This document shows positions 1 to 12,372 of a stretch of DNA of 64,000 nucleotides, piece after piece. The translations under genes and the position numbers were made by a program. Every line of letters begins with the position of its first letter. Position 1 is the first letter of the stretch. Below the pieces are notes generated by a model that saw nothing but the letters and a program-made list of their open reading frames with translations, searched no databases and was not told the DNA's origin. This DNA comes from Felis catus (taxonomy: Eukaryota): assembly GCF_018350175.1 (NCBI RefSeq), contig NC_058368.1:230332001-230396000 (forward strand), in the 5' to 3' direction.

Positions 1-1294
1 GTTTTCAAATCATTGAAATGTTCAGTCTACCCCATTTGGAATTTTATTTTAAAATATATCTTCGTATTTAAAACATGACCGACCCTAGAATAACCAGAAC
101 TTAAACTTTCTAGCACCTTCTCTGGAGCCTTGCTGTCCAAAGTGTGTTCCAGGACATGGGTGATGGTTGGAAGTGCATGTACTGAAGGGGACCCTGCATT
201 TTAATAAGACACCAAGATGATTTCTGTGCACGTTAAGGTCTGCATCACTCATATGTAGTGAGAAACTTCTCGCAAATACCGCATCCAGTTTATTGCAGAA
301 GTTAGAAACCAAGCTGTGAATTAAGATGCCAATCATATTTGACCTTGCAAATGCGCTTTTTATTATCTTGTGACATTGGTGGCATAATAAGGCACTAGGA
401 TCATTTGACTTTTGCAGGCTTAGAGTTTTATCTAATCAAACGTCTGAATTTAGGTCTACAGTTGATAATGTGATCAGCAAAATGTAAACTCGCTTTTCAA
501 AATGTTGCAGTATAGATTTATGAAGATACCATTTTCTTCTTACAGTTCCCCCACAGTATCAGTTCCCTTTATTTTTTATTTTTACAGTAATTGCACTACA
601 CCTGTGTTATTCTGCAACTTTCTTTTCTTCACATCATGTGTCTTGATGAGCCTTTCTGTCAAAATATATAGACTGACTTTATTCATTTAACCACCACATC
701 CAAAGTACGAGATGTGACATGACTCTTACATCACATTGTCTCATGGATTGTTTTCAGCTGCTCGTCTTAGAGAGACAGTTTTTTCGTTGTTTATTATCTG
801 AGTATTGGAGTTTATGAGATGATGCCGTTCCCTCTAAAATGCTAAAAACGAAAATCTCCGTTTGTCTTTCAAGGATAACCAACATTCCTTCCCCTTCACG
901 AGCCGTAGCCACACCCCCATGTCTCTTTTTTCTCCTACTGAGCCTGTCTCAGCTAGCTGAGGTCTTCTGAATGGATCGTGCCACAATTACTCAGACTTGC
1001 TTGGAGATTTATTCTTTCCCCTCTCTTTGCCCGTGGCCTCCATTTGATCTGACTCAGCCACATCTAGTCGCCCTAACTTCAGTAGATAGCATCATCCCTT
1101 TCTCTAGCCTGTGACCCCTCAACAAGGACATAGTCCCTTCATGCTCTGTTGTGAGCCAGTAACAGCCCGGGTGATGCCTTGTGAGTGCTCCTTACAAACC
1201 CAGTGGGCACGCCCTCAGTCCCCTGGGTGCTGCACACCTCTCCAGGGTGGGGACTGACGTAAGACCATTCTCTTCAGCCAAAGCGCCTGCCCCT

Positions 1295-1412
1295 CGGTAT
1301 CACATTGCAGTGTGCAGCTCTTAGAAATGCAGAACCCCAGACCTGTTGGCCAGAATCTTCACGTTAACAAGATGCCTCAGTGATGCATGTCACAGTAACG
1401 TTTCAGGAGCCG
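1295..1412. mobile_element. MER5-like hAT MITE fragment
   Basis: ttagaaatgcagaacccc...ttaacaagatgcctcagtgat resembles the MER5A core. Confidence 0.45.
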
Positions 1413-1991
1413 TGATCAGAAGCTCCGTGTTGTCCAACCACTTTCATTATGTCTCATCGAGAAAAGGCCTTCGTATTTCTTACGCAGAAGTCGCACCCCC
1501 AATGGAGAATCTGGGGCTAAGCTCTGAGAGAGCGTGGGGGTCCGGAGGGCCGGAGGGTGGGGCCACACAGCAAATTGGAGCCCTTGGGATGGAGGAGAAA
1601 GGGAGACTCACCTGGAAGGCAGTAGTAGTTTCTTCTCTCTTGTCATGATGCTTTCTGAGCTTTGGAATAGGAGTTGTTTCCCCAAAGTCTGGGCCCCTGG
1701 CTTTTGAGCTGAGGTGGACTGTCCTTGGGGTGAGGGTCACTGAGTATTCCAACCCATTTCAAGACGCTCACCTTTGCCAACACCTATCTGGTCTTCACCC
1801 ATTCTCCTTTCCACCCTCCCTCTCATGGTTTCTCATCACCTTCTTTACAAATAAAGGCCAGCCCCCCACTTATTCAGAGCCTTGCTGCTTATTTACATGA
1901 ACAAAGTTTCTCCATACTTGTATCTCTAAAAGCCAAAAATAGAAAGATTGGTACTGACCTATCTCATTCTAGCAAAAAATATTCATTTCTT

Positions 1992-2117
1992 GGGGTGCCT
2001 GGGTGGCTCAGTTGGTTGAGCGTCTGACTCCTGGTTTAGGCTCAGGTCATGATGTCAAGGTTCATGAGTTCGAGCCCCATGTCAGACTCGGTGCTGACAG
2101 CACAGAGCCTGCTTGTG

Positions 2118-2169
<52 letters not shown>

Positions 2170-2229
2170 CCTCCCTGCTCATGCTCTCTCTTTCTCTAAA
2201 ATAAATAAATAAACAAACAAACATAAAAC
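1992..2229 (+). mobile_element. Can-SINE
   Basis: tRNA-like head, (CT)n, AATAAA tail, TSD aaatattcattt. Confidence 0.95.
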
Positions 2230-3959
2230 AAATATTCATTTGTGGATTCATAAACTAGTTTTTAAAACTCCACCTCCATTTCATTAAGGGATGTATTTCC
2301 AATAAAATTGCATTTTATGTTTAATAACAGTCTGTCCCATTTTGTATGCATTAATAATCCTAGGTTTTGAACAGTTTGTGTACGACCAACAGCCAAAATA
2401 ACTGCAAACAAAAGAAACAATTAATAGATCTCTATGGTCAGAGGAAATAAAGCATGCCAGGATGTATGTGTAGTGTGGATGTGTTTATGTGTTGTTTCGA
2501 TGAAATCTCAAGGCACCGTCTTTTAATCTCCGATAGATGGTTACTTTAAAGGGAAAAACCACAGAGGCTCATTCAACAACTGAGGCTACTTCACAATCTA
2601 AATTTTATTGGGTCAGACTCTGAGGCTTTCATTAAGCCTGCAAAGGAAAATAAAACTTCTGAAGACTTCCATTAGGCTTGACCTTTGAACCAGTTTGTCA
2701 GAAGAAAGGAAATGCATAGGGGCGGCTCTTGTTAAACACCAGTTCAGGCAAAGCGGGTTAGTTCTTGTGCTTCAGACTTTGATTTCCATTTAAGGCTTTC
2801 ACTCCTTAGAAAAAAAGGATCATGTGTTAGGTTGAAAGCTGGAAAAAGTAAAGTTGGCCTTGAGTTTTCTGAGCAATCAGCACCCGTTTCTTAGCAAATT
2901 TCAGAAGCAAACTTATTTTAGCCACAAAACAAATGGTTTCTTTCAGTTAATACACAGCAAATGAGGGTGTCTGGAGTTCTTTTTAAACAATGGACCAACT
3001 ATACTGTGCCCGTCCTGTTACCCTCTCTGCGGGCACAGCAGTGACAGACTGCCGTCAGGCTGAGAAGCCGAGGGCATTTCATCTTTTCAAGAAAGCCAGA
3101 ATTCTCCCCTGCCAGTAACCTGATGTGCCCCCAGCCCTGTTAGGATAGGCTCCATTTGAGTTTTCTCATCATTATGCGAAAAAAGAGAAGCATAGGGAAA
3201 TATCCTCAAATACTTCCTAGATCGTTAATGCCAATAGAGAAAAGGCTTTCTTTGCATGATCACTGCAATTGATGGGAAAAGTCTCTTTGGTAAGTTTCAG
3301 CAACAGAACAGAGCACGTGATGACTTTTTAATATATGCCCTTCAAAGTTTTCCCTACTCAGTTTCAAGTGGTAGAGAATGACAAGCAGGCTGTGACTTGG
3401 CAAAGTTCTGCCTCGAGCAGGTAGTATTACCTGCACATATTAGTATATGTGAGCTTGTTAGTGTTACCCGGTAGGATTTTGGCCTAATGGGGAAGGTTAC
3501 CTATAAAATGGGTCAGGCATTAGTCTTTATTGTTCTCTTGGATCACTCTTGTATTCAGCACATCAGCATACAAAAAGAGTCCCCTGGGCTTGTCCAGAGC
3601 CCCAGGGGCCCATACCGGAAGGTTTAGTTTTCCACCAGTGCTATAGTCAATCTAGACCAAAGTCAGAAAATGACTAAGACAACGCTGCTGACTTTCCAAG
3701 CACCCGGCATCCTGCTGGTCCACCTGTCACCTAGGACCTGGCCTTTTCTTCGTTGCTAATTTCCATCGTATCCCCTACTTCTAATAACCAGATGATGGCA
3801 TGCTTCCCTGGGCCTCAGCCACACCTTGAAAACACAATACCACAGGTCAACACTCCTAAGACAAGGTGATTACTCTGCTGGGGTGGTTCCCTTTCCTTCC
3901 TTAGAACCCCATCCTTGGTGAGGATCTTGTTTCTTGCTAGTCAGGATTCTGTGTTGCCA

Positions 3960-4680
3960 TGTGCTTACCTGCCCGTGGCCCATCTGCCAACTTATATCCC
4001 CAAAGCCAGACTCCTCTCCTGATGGCCATGTTTGCACTTACTGGATAATTGTTGCAGGCACCTTGAAAGCATCTTATTTTATCTCTAAAGATGCTAAATC
4101 TGTTCTGCTTCCTTGAGTCTGCACCCTAGGTAGCCTTCCACTTCCTAAGCTAAAAACCTCGGTGTCGTCTTCCGCCACATCCTCCTCACAGATGACCATG
4201 TTGTCCATCAGGTTTATCTCTGAAATATCTTAGAATTCCTGGTCCACCCCCACTGCCTTTCCCTTAAAGTAGACCCTTGTCATCATTTACCTGGTCCCAC
4301 TCAACCCATCTCACTCAGTTTGAGGTGTCTTCCCCCCTGCTGCCAAAAACACCATTTTCAAAATTAACTTGACCATGGCATTCCCCTTCTTGGTAGCTTC
4401 TGCTCATGCTCGGTCACCTACAGAATTAATCCCCACTCCAAAATAAAACTATGCACACCAAGTTTCTAACCCTGTCCCCCACCCTGCTCCTGTATCCTGT
4501 CTGCCATGCGGACCAATATAGTGCCATCATGTGAGATGACGTGCCCTTTGTAGAGTGGCTTTTCTACATGCTCTTCTCTCAGCCAAAATGTTCCTTCCTT
4601 TTTTTACTTCTGGAAGATTCAAATCATCCTTCCAATTTCAAGTATAATCTCGTTTGCCTCTCTCTGTGCTCCCCCTGGAG
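3960..4680 (+). mobile_element. L2 LINE fragment (old)
   Basis: Diverged L2 3' region motifs (aaaaacctcggtgtcgtc, atcatttacctgg). Confidence 0.55.
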
Positions 4681-4820
4681 GGTCTGCCTACATCTGCAAT
4701 GTGTCTAATGGAAGGAAGGCAAAGGAAAGAGAAAAACCCAGGGCCTACAGGATTTGAGAAATCTTGAAGAAGTGTGAAAGGTGTTCCAGTTGAGTAAAGA
4801 CTTGGCAAATGCTGTTTTTA

Positions 4821-4821
<1 letters not shown>

Positions 4822-4862
<41 letters not shown>
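4822..4862. repeat. (CA)n microsatellite
   Basis: Seen directly. Confidence 0.98.
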
Positions 4863-4865
<3 letters not shown>

Positions 4866-5728
4866 CGATAGTTTGATTCCAGAGATGAGAGACCAACATG
4901 CTTGAGATTTATCTTTTAGGGAAAAAAAATCAGGAACATATTTTAAGAATGTTGGCCAGCACATTAAAAATAGGGACCAATAAAAACCATCGTATTTTTA
5001 CTGAGATTGAGTGATGACAAACTAATGTAATTTAGATTTTTAATGAAGGTATTTGATTCACACATTAGGGGGTGTTCATAAAGATGCCATACATTTCTTT
5101 CCAAAAAAGCCCTTGAAAAAGTTTTTTATGTTAGGATAAAGAAGGCATGAAACTAGTGATTACCTAGTTTAGGTCTTCAAGAGTCTATTAAACTACCACT
5201 GTCTCCTCTAAGAACCTATTTCCTGCCACTGTCTGAGTCCATTTACTAATCGTACAGGTGACTTTGTAGCATCTTTTTTTACATCACTTTCATTAACCTT
5301 CTAATTGACAACATTTATACTTTTAACAATAGAATAGTGCACAGAAACTCCGATTCTCTTCTCGAAACTCACCGTGGTTTTCCAGACACGGAAAGTTTGA
5401 GAGGACCTTAAAGAATCACATCCTTCGCATCGGAGCTGACAAGAGAGACCTTTGTGAAACAGTTATTTCTAGTACAGAAGAGACACTGAGCGGTTGTTTT
5501 AAAATATTTGAATCTAAAGAGAATTTTCTTTATTATCTAACGTCTTTTGAAACTCTCTTAAGGATAAGGAAAAAGTAAACATACAGCATGAAGTATTTGG
5601 ATGAAACACATGATATGAAGGTGTCAACCATGAGCCTTATTGGTGGCTTTTAGTAAGTTGCCAGGATGTTTTCTTTCTGTAGAGTAAGTTCAAACACAGG
5701 GAGGGCAGATTCAGTCTAAATCCTTTCA

Positions 5729-5932
5729 GGGGGTGCCTGGGTGGCTCAGCTGGTTGCGCATCCACCTCTTGATTTTGGCTCACGTCAGGATGTCACGGTT
5801 TGTGAGATGGAGCCCCAAGTCGGGCTCTGCACTGACAGCACAGATTCTCTCTCTCCTCTCTCTCTGCCCCTTCCCAGCTCCCTGCACCTCTGCTCTCTCT
5901 CTTTCAAAAGAAATACAATGTTAGAAAAAAAT
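5729..5932 (+). mobile_element. Can-SINE (older)
   Basis: Head ggggtgcctgggtggctcag, TSD tcctttcag. Confidence 0.92.
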
Positions 5933-7326
5933 AGCTCCTTTCAGAATGGTGCCACGTGGCAGAAGGGGTAAGCATAGTGAGCTACCTGTTGCCTGCTTCT
6001 TTCTGATGGCACAGTCACCGGTTGCCTGTCTTACTACTTTGTCTTCATGGATCATGTGACTTACTGACTTTCTCAAAGCTTTGAGTTTAAGAGAGTGTGT
6101 GAAAAAAGAAATCAGAAATAAACCACACGTGCTAAAACGGTGTCTCACATATCCCTGAAGTTAACTACTACACCAGGGACACAAACTGTTGACGCATGAA
6201 GACTGTAACTTTTTTCCTTTAATTTCTAACTGTAAGTATTTCAGCAGGATACTCTGTAGCCTTTTCTTAATGCAGGTATCTCCCTACTCAGAGTAGGTAC
6301 ACATATGAGCCCGTTTGAAAGTATTTAACTCACTTAAAAAAGTACATACATATGCTTTACTACCAGCCAAAGAAGAACACTCATACTTTGATAGAAATTT
6401 ATTTTGACTTGGAATATAAATTTTGTGGGTTTTTTTTACCATACACACTTTTAAGTCTCCTGCTTATCATAAAATACCTTTTTATCCTATAGCTGTCAAA
6501 ATGAAAAGAGCTCACGTAGTAAATACATTCAAGAGGCCACTCAAAGTACATATCATTGAGCAGTTGCATAAAATACTGAAAACGTTAATCACCCCAGTGT
6601 AACTTTGCTGCTTTTATACATACACAAATGCCACTTCAATGAAACTCTCATGTGGGATGACGCATTTATGTCTGTCACAGATCTTTTTGGAGGCAATTCA
6701 CAAGTGCTTATTATATAATATTATTATGCAACTCTGCCTTCATTAAGTCAAGAGATTCTCTGCAGCGAATACTGAGACAACATTAAAATTACAGAGATAA
6801 GTAAGATGTAGCCACATCTTCAAGAAACTTTGGGATGTCTGTGGGAAGTGAGAGATCCACGGTTTCGGTCCTGTAATACATATGCTCTGAGAACACTAAG
6901 CAGGGATTCCATGGGAGTCTGAGCAAGAGCTTTAATGAGAACAGGAAGTGGGGAAGACCCCCTAGAGCTGACTGCGTGAGGAAAGGCATTTCCTAAGTCA
7001 GGTTCACGATGAGTTTCGTGCGAGAAGAAAAGATACAGGTAGAGAGCAAAAGTTATCCAGTGTGGGAGATGCAGGTGTGTGGAGGGGAGGGGCAGGACAG
7101 GACACCACGAGGGGGCGCAGCGTGTGAGCCTGAGCTCAGAAGGGCTTGGAGCTGGATGCAAGATTTGATTTCTTGTATCTCAAACCAAGGCCACAGGGGG
7201 TGCGGAAAAATGGCGGTGGACAGAGGAAGCCGGCTTCTGCTTTGGGATCAGTTGTGGGAGGACAGTGCCATGAGCCAACCTTCCATGTTTGGAATCTCTT
7301 GATCAGTGACCACATACTGGCCAGTG

Positions 7327-7367
<41 letters not shown>

Positions 7368-7389
7368 CGCACGCGCGCACGTGCGTGTG
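7327..7389. repeat. (TG)n grading into alternating GC/CG tract
   Basis: Seen directly; alternating purine-pyrimidine. Confidence 0.97.
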
Positions 7390-8635
7390 GTCTGGATTTC
7401 TGTACCATCTTTGAAATAAGGCAGTCTGATACCTCATGTTTCCCATCATTTCTCGTTCAACTGTATTCCTTTTCAGGTTTTAGGAACTTCTCACAATGCC
7501 AACTTTACATTTTTATTACATTATTATCAAAATGTCTTGTGTTGATAAAGCCCTAATTTTGGATGTCTTTTGTGCAGTGATTACAGGATTTTCTTAAATG
7601 GAAGCAGGTGTGGGCATGACAGAAGAGGTTGTAATGTTAGCAGTAACTCGGGGCTGCTTGTCTCCGGCTTGACCGCTGTTGCTTAAGCCTCTAAAGCCGT
7701 GTCCGGTCGCCGCTGGGCCCTGGGCAAAGCACAGAGGTGAACCCAGTTGACAGGCCAACCAGCATCCAGGGTGTAGAAGAAAGTGGACCTCGTGTAGAAT
7801 GTAATCCTGATTTGACAAAAGTTTTTTTTTTTTTTAATCAGACGTGGTGCCTGCAAGTGACAAAATGGAGGAGTAAATACATTTTTAATGCAGCAACATA
7901 ACAGTGTAGAAAATCACAATTTTAAAAATATTACCCAATTTCTGGCAGCTCAGACTGTTTTAATTCTCTTTTTCTTCGTGGTGGGTCCGTTATCATTTAT
8001 TTTTATGTTACATGTATTAGAAAGGTAATAAAACTGACGTTTGGGACGCATTGCTGATCCCTGCATTTATTGGCGAAAAAAAAGGGATAGTATATGGGAA
8101 TTTTCACATAGAAGGTACAATTTACTGCGTAGGATTTAGGAGCTATCTTCATTTTATCAGGCTGAAAAATAGATTACATAAAACTATGTTAAATTCTGTT
8201 TCTTTCGTCCTCAGAACAGAACTGATGTCACTTTTCAGAATTTGGGGGATCCAAGAGTGCCTTTTTTAGTTTCGCTTTGAGATACTTTTCCATCTCAGTC
8301 CTTGGGCTGATTAAACGTTCAGTGTTATGTACGATTTTTTGCCCACAAAGGTTTCTTAAAGTCATAACTCAGTCACCGGTTTATCCGAGGGCAACAATAT
8401 TTAGATAAAGAAAAACAAATAGTGAAAAGCAAACCAACAGAAACTGAAGAGACTCTTCCTCTGTGACCAAACGTGAAATATATGATTATTCCCCCAAAAC
8501 TCTTTTCCTGCCAAAACCTGTAAACTTGACTTCCCAGAACTGAAGAAAAAAGAGTTACGTGAAATGTCATATGTGAACGTTAATTTGGCTTCCTCTGGAA
8601 ATTTGCTTCTCTTGCAAGTGGACGACGCCCTGTGA

Positions 8636-9262
8636 CCCGGGGGCTTGAATGGAAAGCCCACGTGGAACCGTGCATGTCTTTTCAAGTGTGGCTGGTGGTC
8701 TGGTATCAGGTCAGTGTGTGGGCGCGTGTGGCTTCTGGTTGCGAGCCTGACGGTGGAGTGGACACGTTGTCCGTGTCGGAGTAAACCGCGATCTCCCAAA
8801 ATAGCGCGATCGCCCATTGAAGAAACTCCAAGTGACGAAAAATCAAATAGAGCCGCGGACACACTCTGTGCTGCACACAGAAATAACTGGCAGATGATTT
8901 CACGGCACTGCTTTTACATGGCACGTCCGTTGAAAACACATTTTAATTTACAAAGATCTATTCTGCGCGTTCTTAGAACTGTGATTTGTGACGGGGTGCC
9001 TGGGTGGCGCAGTCGGTTAAGCGTCCGACTGCAGCCAGGTCACGATCTCGCGGTCCGTGAGTTCGAGCCCCGCGTCGGGCTCTGGGCTGATGGCTCGGAG
9101 CCTGGAGCCTGTTTCCGATTCTGTGTCTCCCTCTCTCCCTGCCCCTCCCCCGTTCATGCTCTGTCTCTCTCTGTCCCAAAAATAAATAAAAAACGTTGAA
9201 AAAAAATTAAAAAAAAAATAAAAAAAAAGAACTGTGATTTGTGAAGTGAAGTCACGGTGTAG
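8636..9262 (+). pseudogene. Possible upstream exon of gene fossil, interrupted by a young SINE
   Basis: CpG-rich open frame 8636-8991 continues after SINE and TSD removal to donor AG|GTATGT (9263). A strong acceptor lies further upstream at 8213-14. Confidence 0.25.
8992..9227 (+). mobile_element. Can-SINE, young felid subfamily
   Basis: CpG-rich; perfect 17-bp TSD agaactgtgatttgtga (8975-8991 and 9228-9244). Confidence 0.97.
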
Positions 9263-9549
9263 GTATGTCACTTTCTTTATCGGAAGGATGCTCATCAAGC
9301 GTCAACCGTGGACCGGGCATGGCTCCGGGTATGGAAAATGGACAGTTTCTGTTGCGTGGGAGCTTACCTAGCGCCAGGGGAAAATGACGTTAAACAAAGA
9401 AATACCAGTAGATAGAATGTTCGGAAGGAACTAAACCGCAATAAGGAGACTGAGAATGAAGAGGAAGGCTGCTTTACATAAGGTGGTAGGGGAAAGCGTT
9501 CCTTTGCACATTTGAATAGAGGCCCAAATACCAGGTGGAGGTGATGTCT

Positions 9550-9757
9550 GAGGTGCCTGGGTGGCTTAGTCAGTTAAGTGTCTGATTTGATTTCGGCTCA
9601 GGTCATGGTCTTATGGTTCATGAGTTCAAGCCCCGCATTGTGTTCCTTGCTGTCAGCTTAGGATTCTCTCTCTCTCTCTCTGTCTCTGTCTCTGCCTCTG
9701 CCCCTCCCCTGCTTGCTCTCTGTCTCTCTCAAAATAAATAAATAAACTTAAAAAAAT
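9550..9757 (+). mobile_element. Can-SINE
   Basis: Head, (CT)n and A-rich tail; imperfect TSD ggaggtgRtgtc. Confidence 0.93.
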
Positions 9758-10504
9758 AGGAGGTGGTGTCATCTGGCAGGTATCTGGGAGAAGAGTCTTT
9801 GAGCCGGAGGGACTGGAGGTACAAGAGTCCTGGGGCACAAACCTGGTTGCTGTACGTGAACTGAAGTGTTTTGAAGGTGGAACCCATAGCATTTGGCGGT
9901 GAATTGCCTTTGGGGAGGAGGCAAGGACAACTGGAGCGGTTTTTGTCCTGAGTGACCAAGAAGAAAAAAAGCTCTGTTGGCTGAGATGGGAAATCCCAGG
10001 AGAGAATGCAGATTGGGAGGCAGGGGGAAAGGATAGCGGAAGCAGACCTTGTCCATTTTGAGATACTACTTTTCATCCAAGTAGAGATGGGGAATTGGAG
10101 GTCAAGGGTTGGACCGGGAGAGAAAACTCTGGGCATCATCATCAGCATGTAAATCCCAAGAGACCAGACTTTCCTGGCAAGCAAGAGAAGACGCACAGGA
10201 GCCCTCACAGCTTGTGGAGGCTTTGAGGAAAAGAGAATCCAACCAAGGAAACTGAGGAGGTGCCCAGAGTGAAGTCAGGAGACCCAGGAGAGTGCTGGGT
10301 TCTGGAAGGCAAGAGAAGAAAGTAGAGAGGAAGTAATCCTGAATGCCGCGGGCTGCTGGCGGGACCAGTGTGATGAGGGATCTACACCCAACCATTTGAT
10401 TTTGTCCCACAGGGGTGGCAGGAGATGCTAAAACTCTGCTTTCCTGGATTCACCAAAATATAGATGAGGAACACAGATATCAAGTAAAGATACAATTCAG
10501 GGAG

Positions 10505-10752
10505 GCGGTACCGTGTTCAGTGAGAGGATGTGAGCTATCTTGGTGCAGACCTCAGCCCATCTGGGTCCTGCTGGCGTGACCTTCACCTCTTTGTGGTCCA
10601 GTTTGGTCAAACATAAAATGAGGATAATTACAGCCTTTACTTTATTATTATGAATTCTAGGATTTCTGCATGGAATAATTAATATACACAAAACACTTAA
10701 AACAGTGCCTGGCATTATGTAGGTGTTTGCTGTAATTATTGACATTATTATT
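10505..10752 (+). mobile_element. MIR
   Basis: Core taaaatgaggataat and tail acttaaaacagtgcctggca. Confidence 0.75.
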
Positions 10753-11343
10753 TTTATAGGGATTTTGCTCTAAACGAGGGCACAGAAAGGAAAGTGGGAC
10801 AGTATCTGGAGGGAGGTGTGGGGTCAAGAGGATGTTTGTGTGTCTGAGTGTGTGTGTTTTCTTGCTGTGTTTTATGACAGGTAAGAGATTTCACAGCATG
10901 TTTTAACATTGGTGAAGGATTAAACATTAGCAGTGCAGGAGAAAGAGAGAGGGGAATTGTAGGTATGGTTCTTGCATATGGGAGAGAGGCTGGATCCAGT
11001 GGAATCAAAGGAAAGTGGGACACTTTATTCGTTTTAATAGAAGAAAAGGCAGAGTAGATGGGTGCAGACGGAGGAGGGTTGGAAAATCTGTTGAACAGAG
11101 AGACTGCCTTTGTTCTCTCACTGGGAAGAAAAGCCAGGTTCCCAGTTGAGCGTGGGAAGGGGGCCCAGGAAGCTGGGTGATCAAGGAGCATGGGGGTGCA
11201 CAGACTGGAGAACAATGTGGAAAAAGGAAAAGTCGAAAATCTGTGTATTTGCCCTTGCTCAGCTACAAGAATCTCTTCCTCCCTGAATTTTCTGTTTCAT
11301 ATAAATATGTATCTTCATATATTTGTATGTTAAAAATACTTTT

Positions 11344-11392
11344 CTTTATTTTTGGGAAAGAGAGAGAGAGATGGTGAGGGCAGGGGAGGGGC

Positions 11393-11423
<31 letters not shown>

Positions 11424-11539
11424 ATCCCAAGCAGACTGTGCTGTCTGATGCGGGGCTCGAACTCGTGAACCGTGAGATCATGACCTGAACCAAACCCGCG
11501 AGTCAGGCGCCTACATGACTGAGCCACCCAGGTTGCCCC
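11344..11539 (-). mobile_element. Can-SINE
   Basis: Reverse-complement head ...gagccacccagg, (GA)n, approximate TSD ttaaaaatactttt. Confidence 0.93.
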
Positions 11540-12037
11540 TTTTATATTAAAAAAATACTTTTAAATGAAAATAGCATTAATTATAATTTCTCAGTTACTC
11601 TTCTAGGTTGTGCTAACAATGAGAATTCTGAAGTAAAAACTTCCTCGATAGCAATTTTTGCTATGAAAGCTAGCATAATGTATGTGATTATTCATAAATT
11701 AATATTTTAGAATAATGGAGTATAAAATAATGTAAGGTCTCCACTAATCTCTAAATTGTATCTTTAAGCTAGTAAAATGATAGCAAAAAGCTGTACTCCT
11801 CTATTAAAGAGATTGCTATATGGGATCATCCCTTTATCTTCTCTACTTTTTATATTTCAGTGTGGTGAAATATAATCTAAGAGGACCGTAATTTTGGAAA
11901 CATTAAACTGATGTATTTCATTCCTGGTGAATATTCAGCTACTAGAGATGCCTGTTTTTACTTTGGGTGCTCATTATGACTGCAACCAACCTGAAAAACT
12001 GGGAAATTAGAATTAATAATTATTTGTATTAGTACAT

Positions 12038-12205
12038 TAAAATACATGACATCTAGGTAAATTCAAATTTCAGATAAACAAACAATTGTATTAAGTACAG
12101 TGTGATCCATACAATATGTGGCGGATGCTTATACTAAAAATCGATTCATTGTTTGTCTGAAGTGCAAATTTAAGTGGACATCACATCTTGCACTTTGGCC
12201 ACCCT
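12038..12205. mobile_element. MER53 palindromic hAT MITE
   Basis: Inverted arms aaattcaaatttcagataaacaa / ttgtttgtctgaagtgcaaattt; end ggccaccct. Confidence 0.8.
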
Positions 12206-12372
12206 GTCAGCCATGCTGGTTTGCCTCCTCCCACATTACAGCCAAGACATTTGTTCCTTCAAGGGGAGAAGGAACCCAGACCCAGGAGATCATTGCTTGG
12301 CCTTAGGTTTCAAACCGACTTTTAAACGTGGTTAGTGGATTTGGGCCTGCCAGCAAGATTCTTTGCTTTTAG

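Larger units (their letters stand above)
9285..11200 (-). mobile_element. Fragmented L2 (with SINE and MIR insertions)
   Basis: Antisense L2 motifs (ggagcttacctag, catccaagtagagatg, catcagcat). Confidence 0.65.

Noticed and set aside
5333..5578. 81-codon start-less open frame with an acceptor-like site at 5385
   Set aside because: Weak donor and no recognisable homology; compatible with chance. Revisit only if a fossil-gene orthologue aligns.
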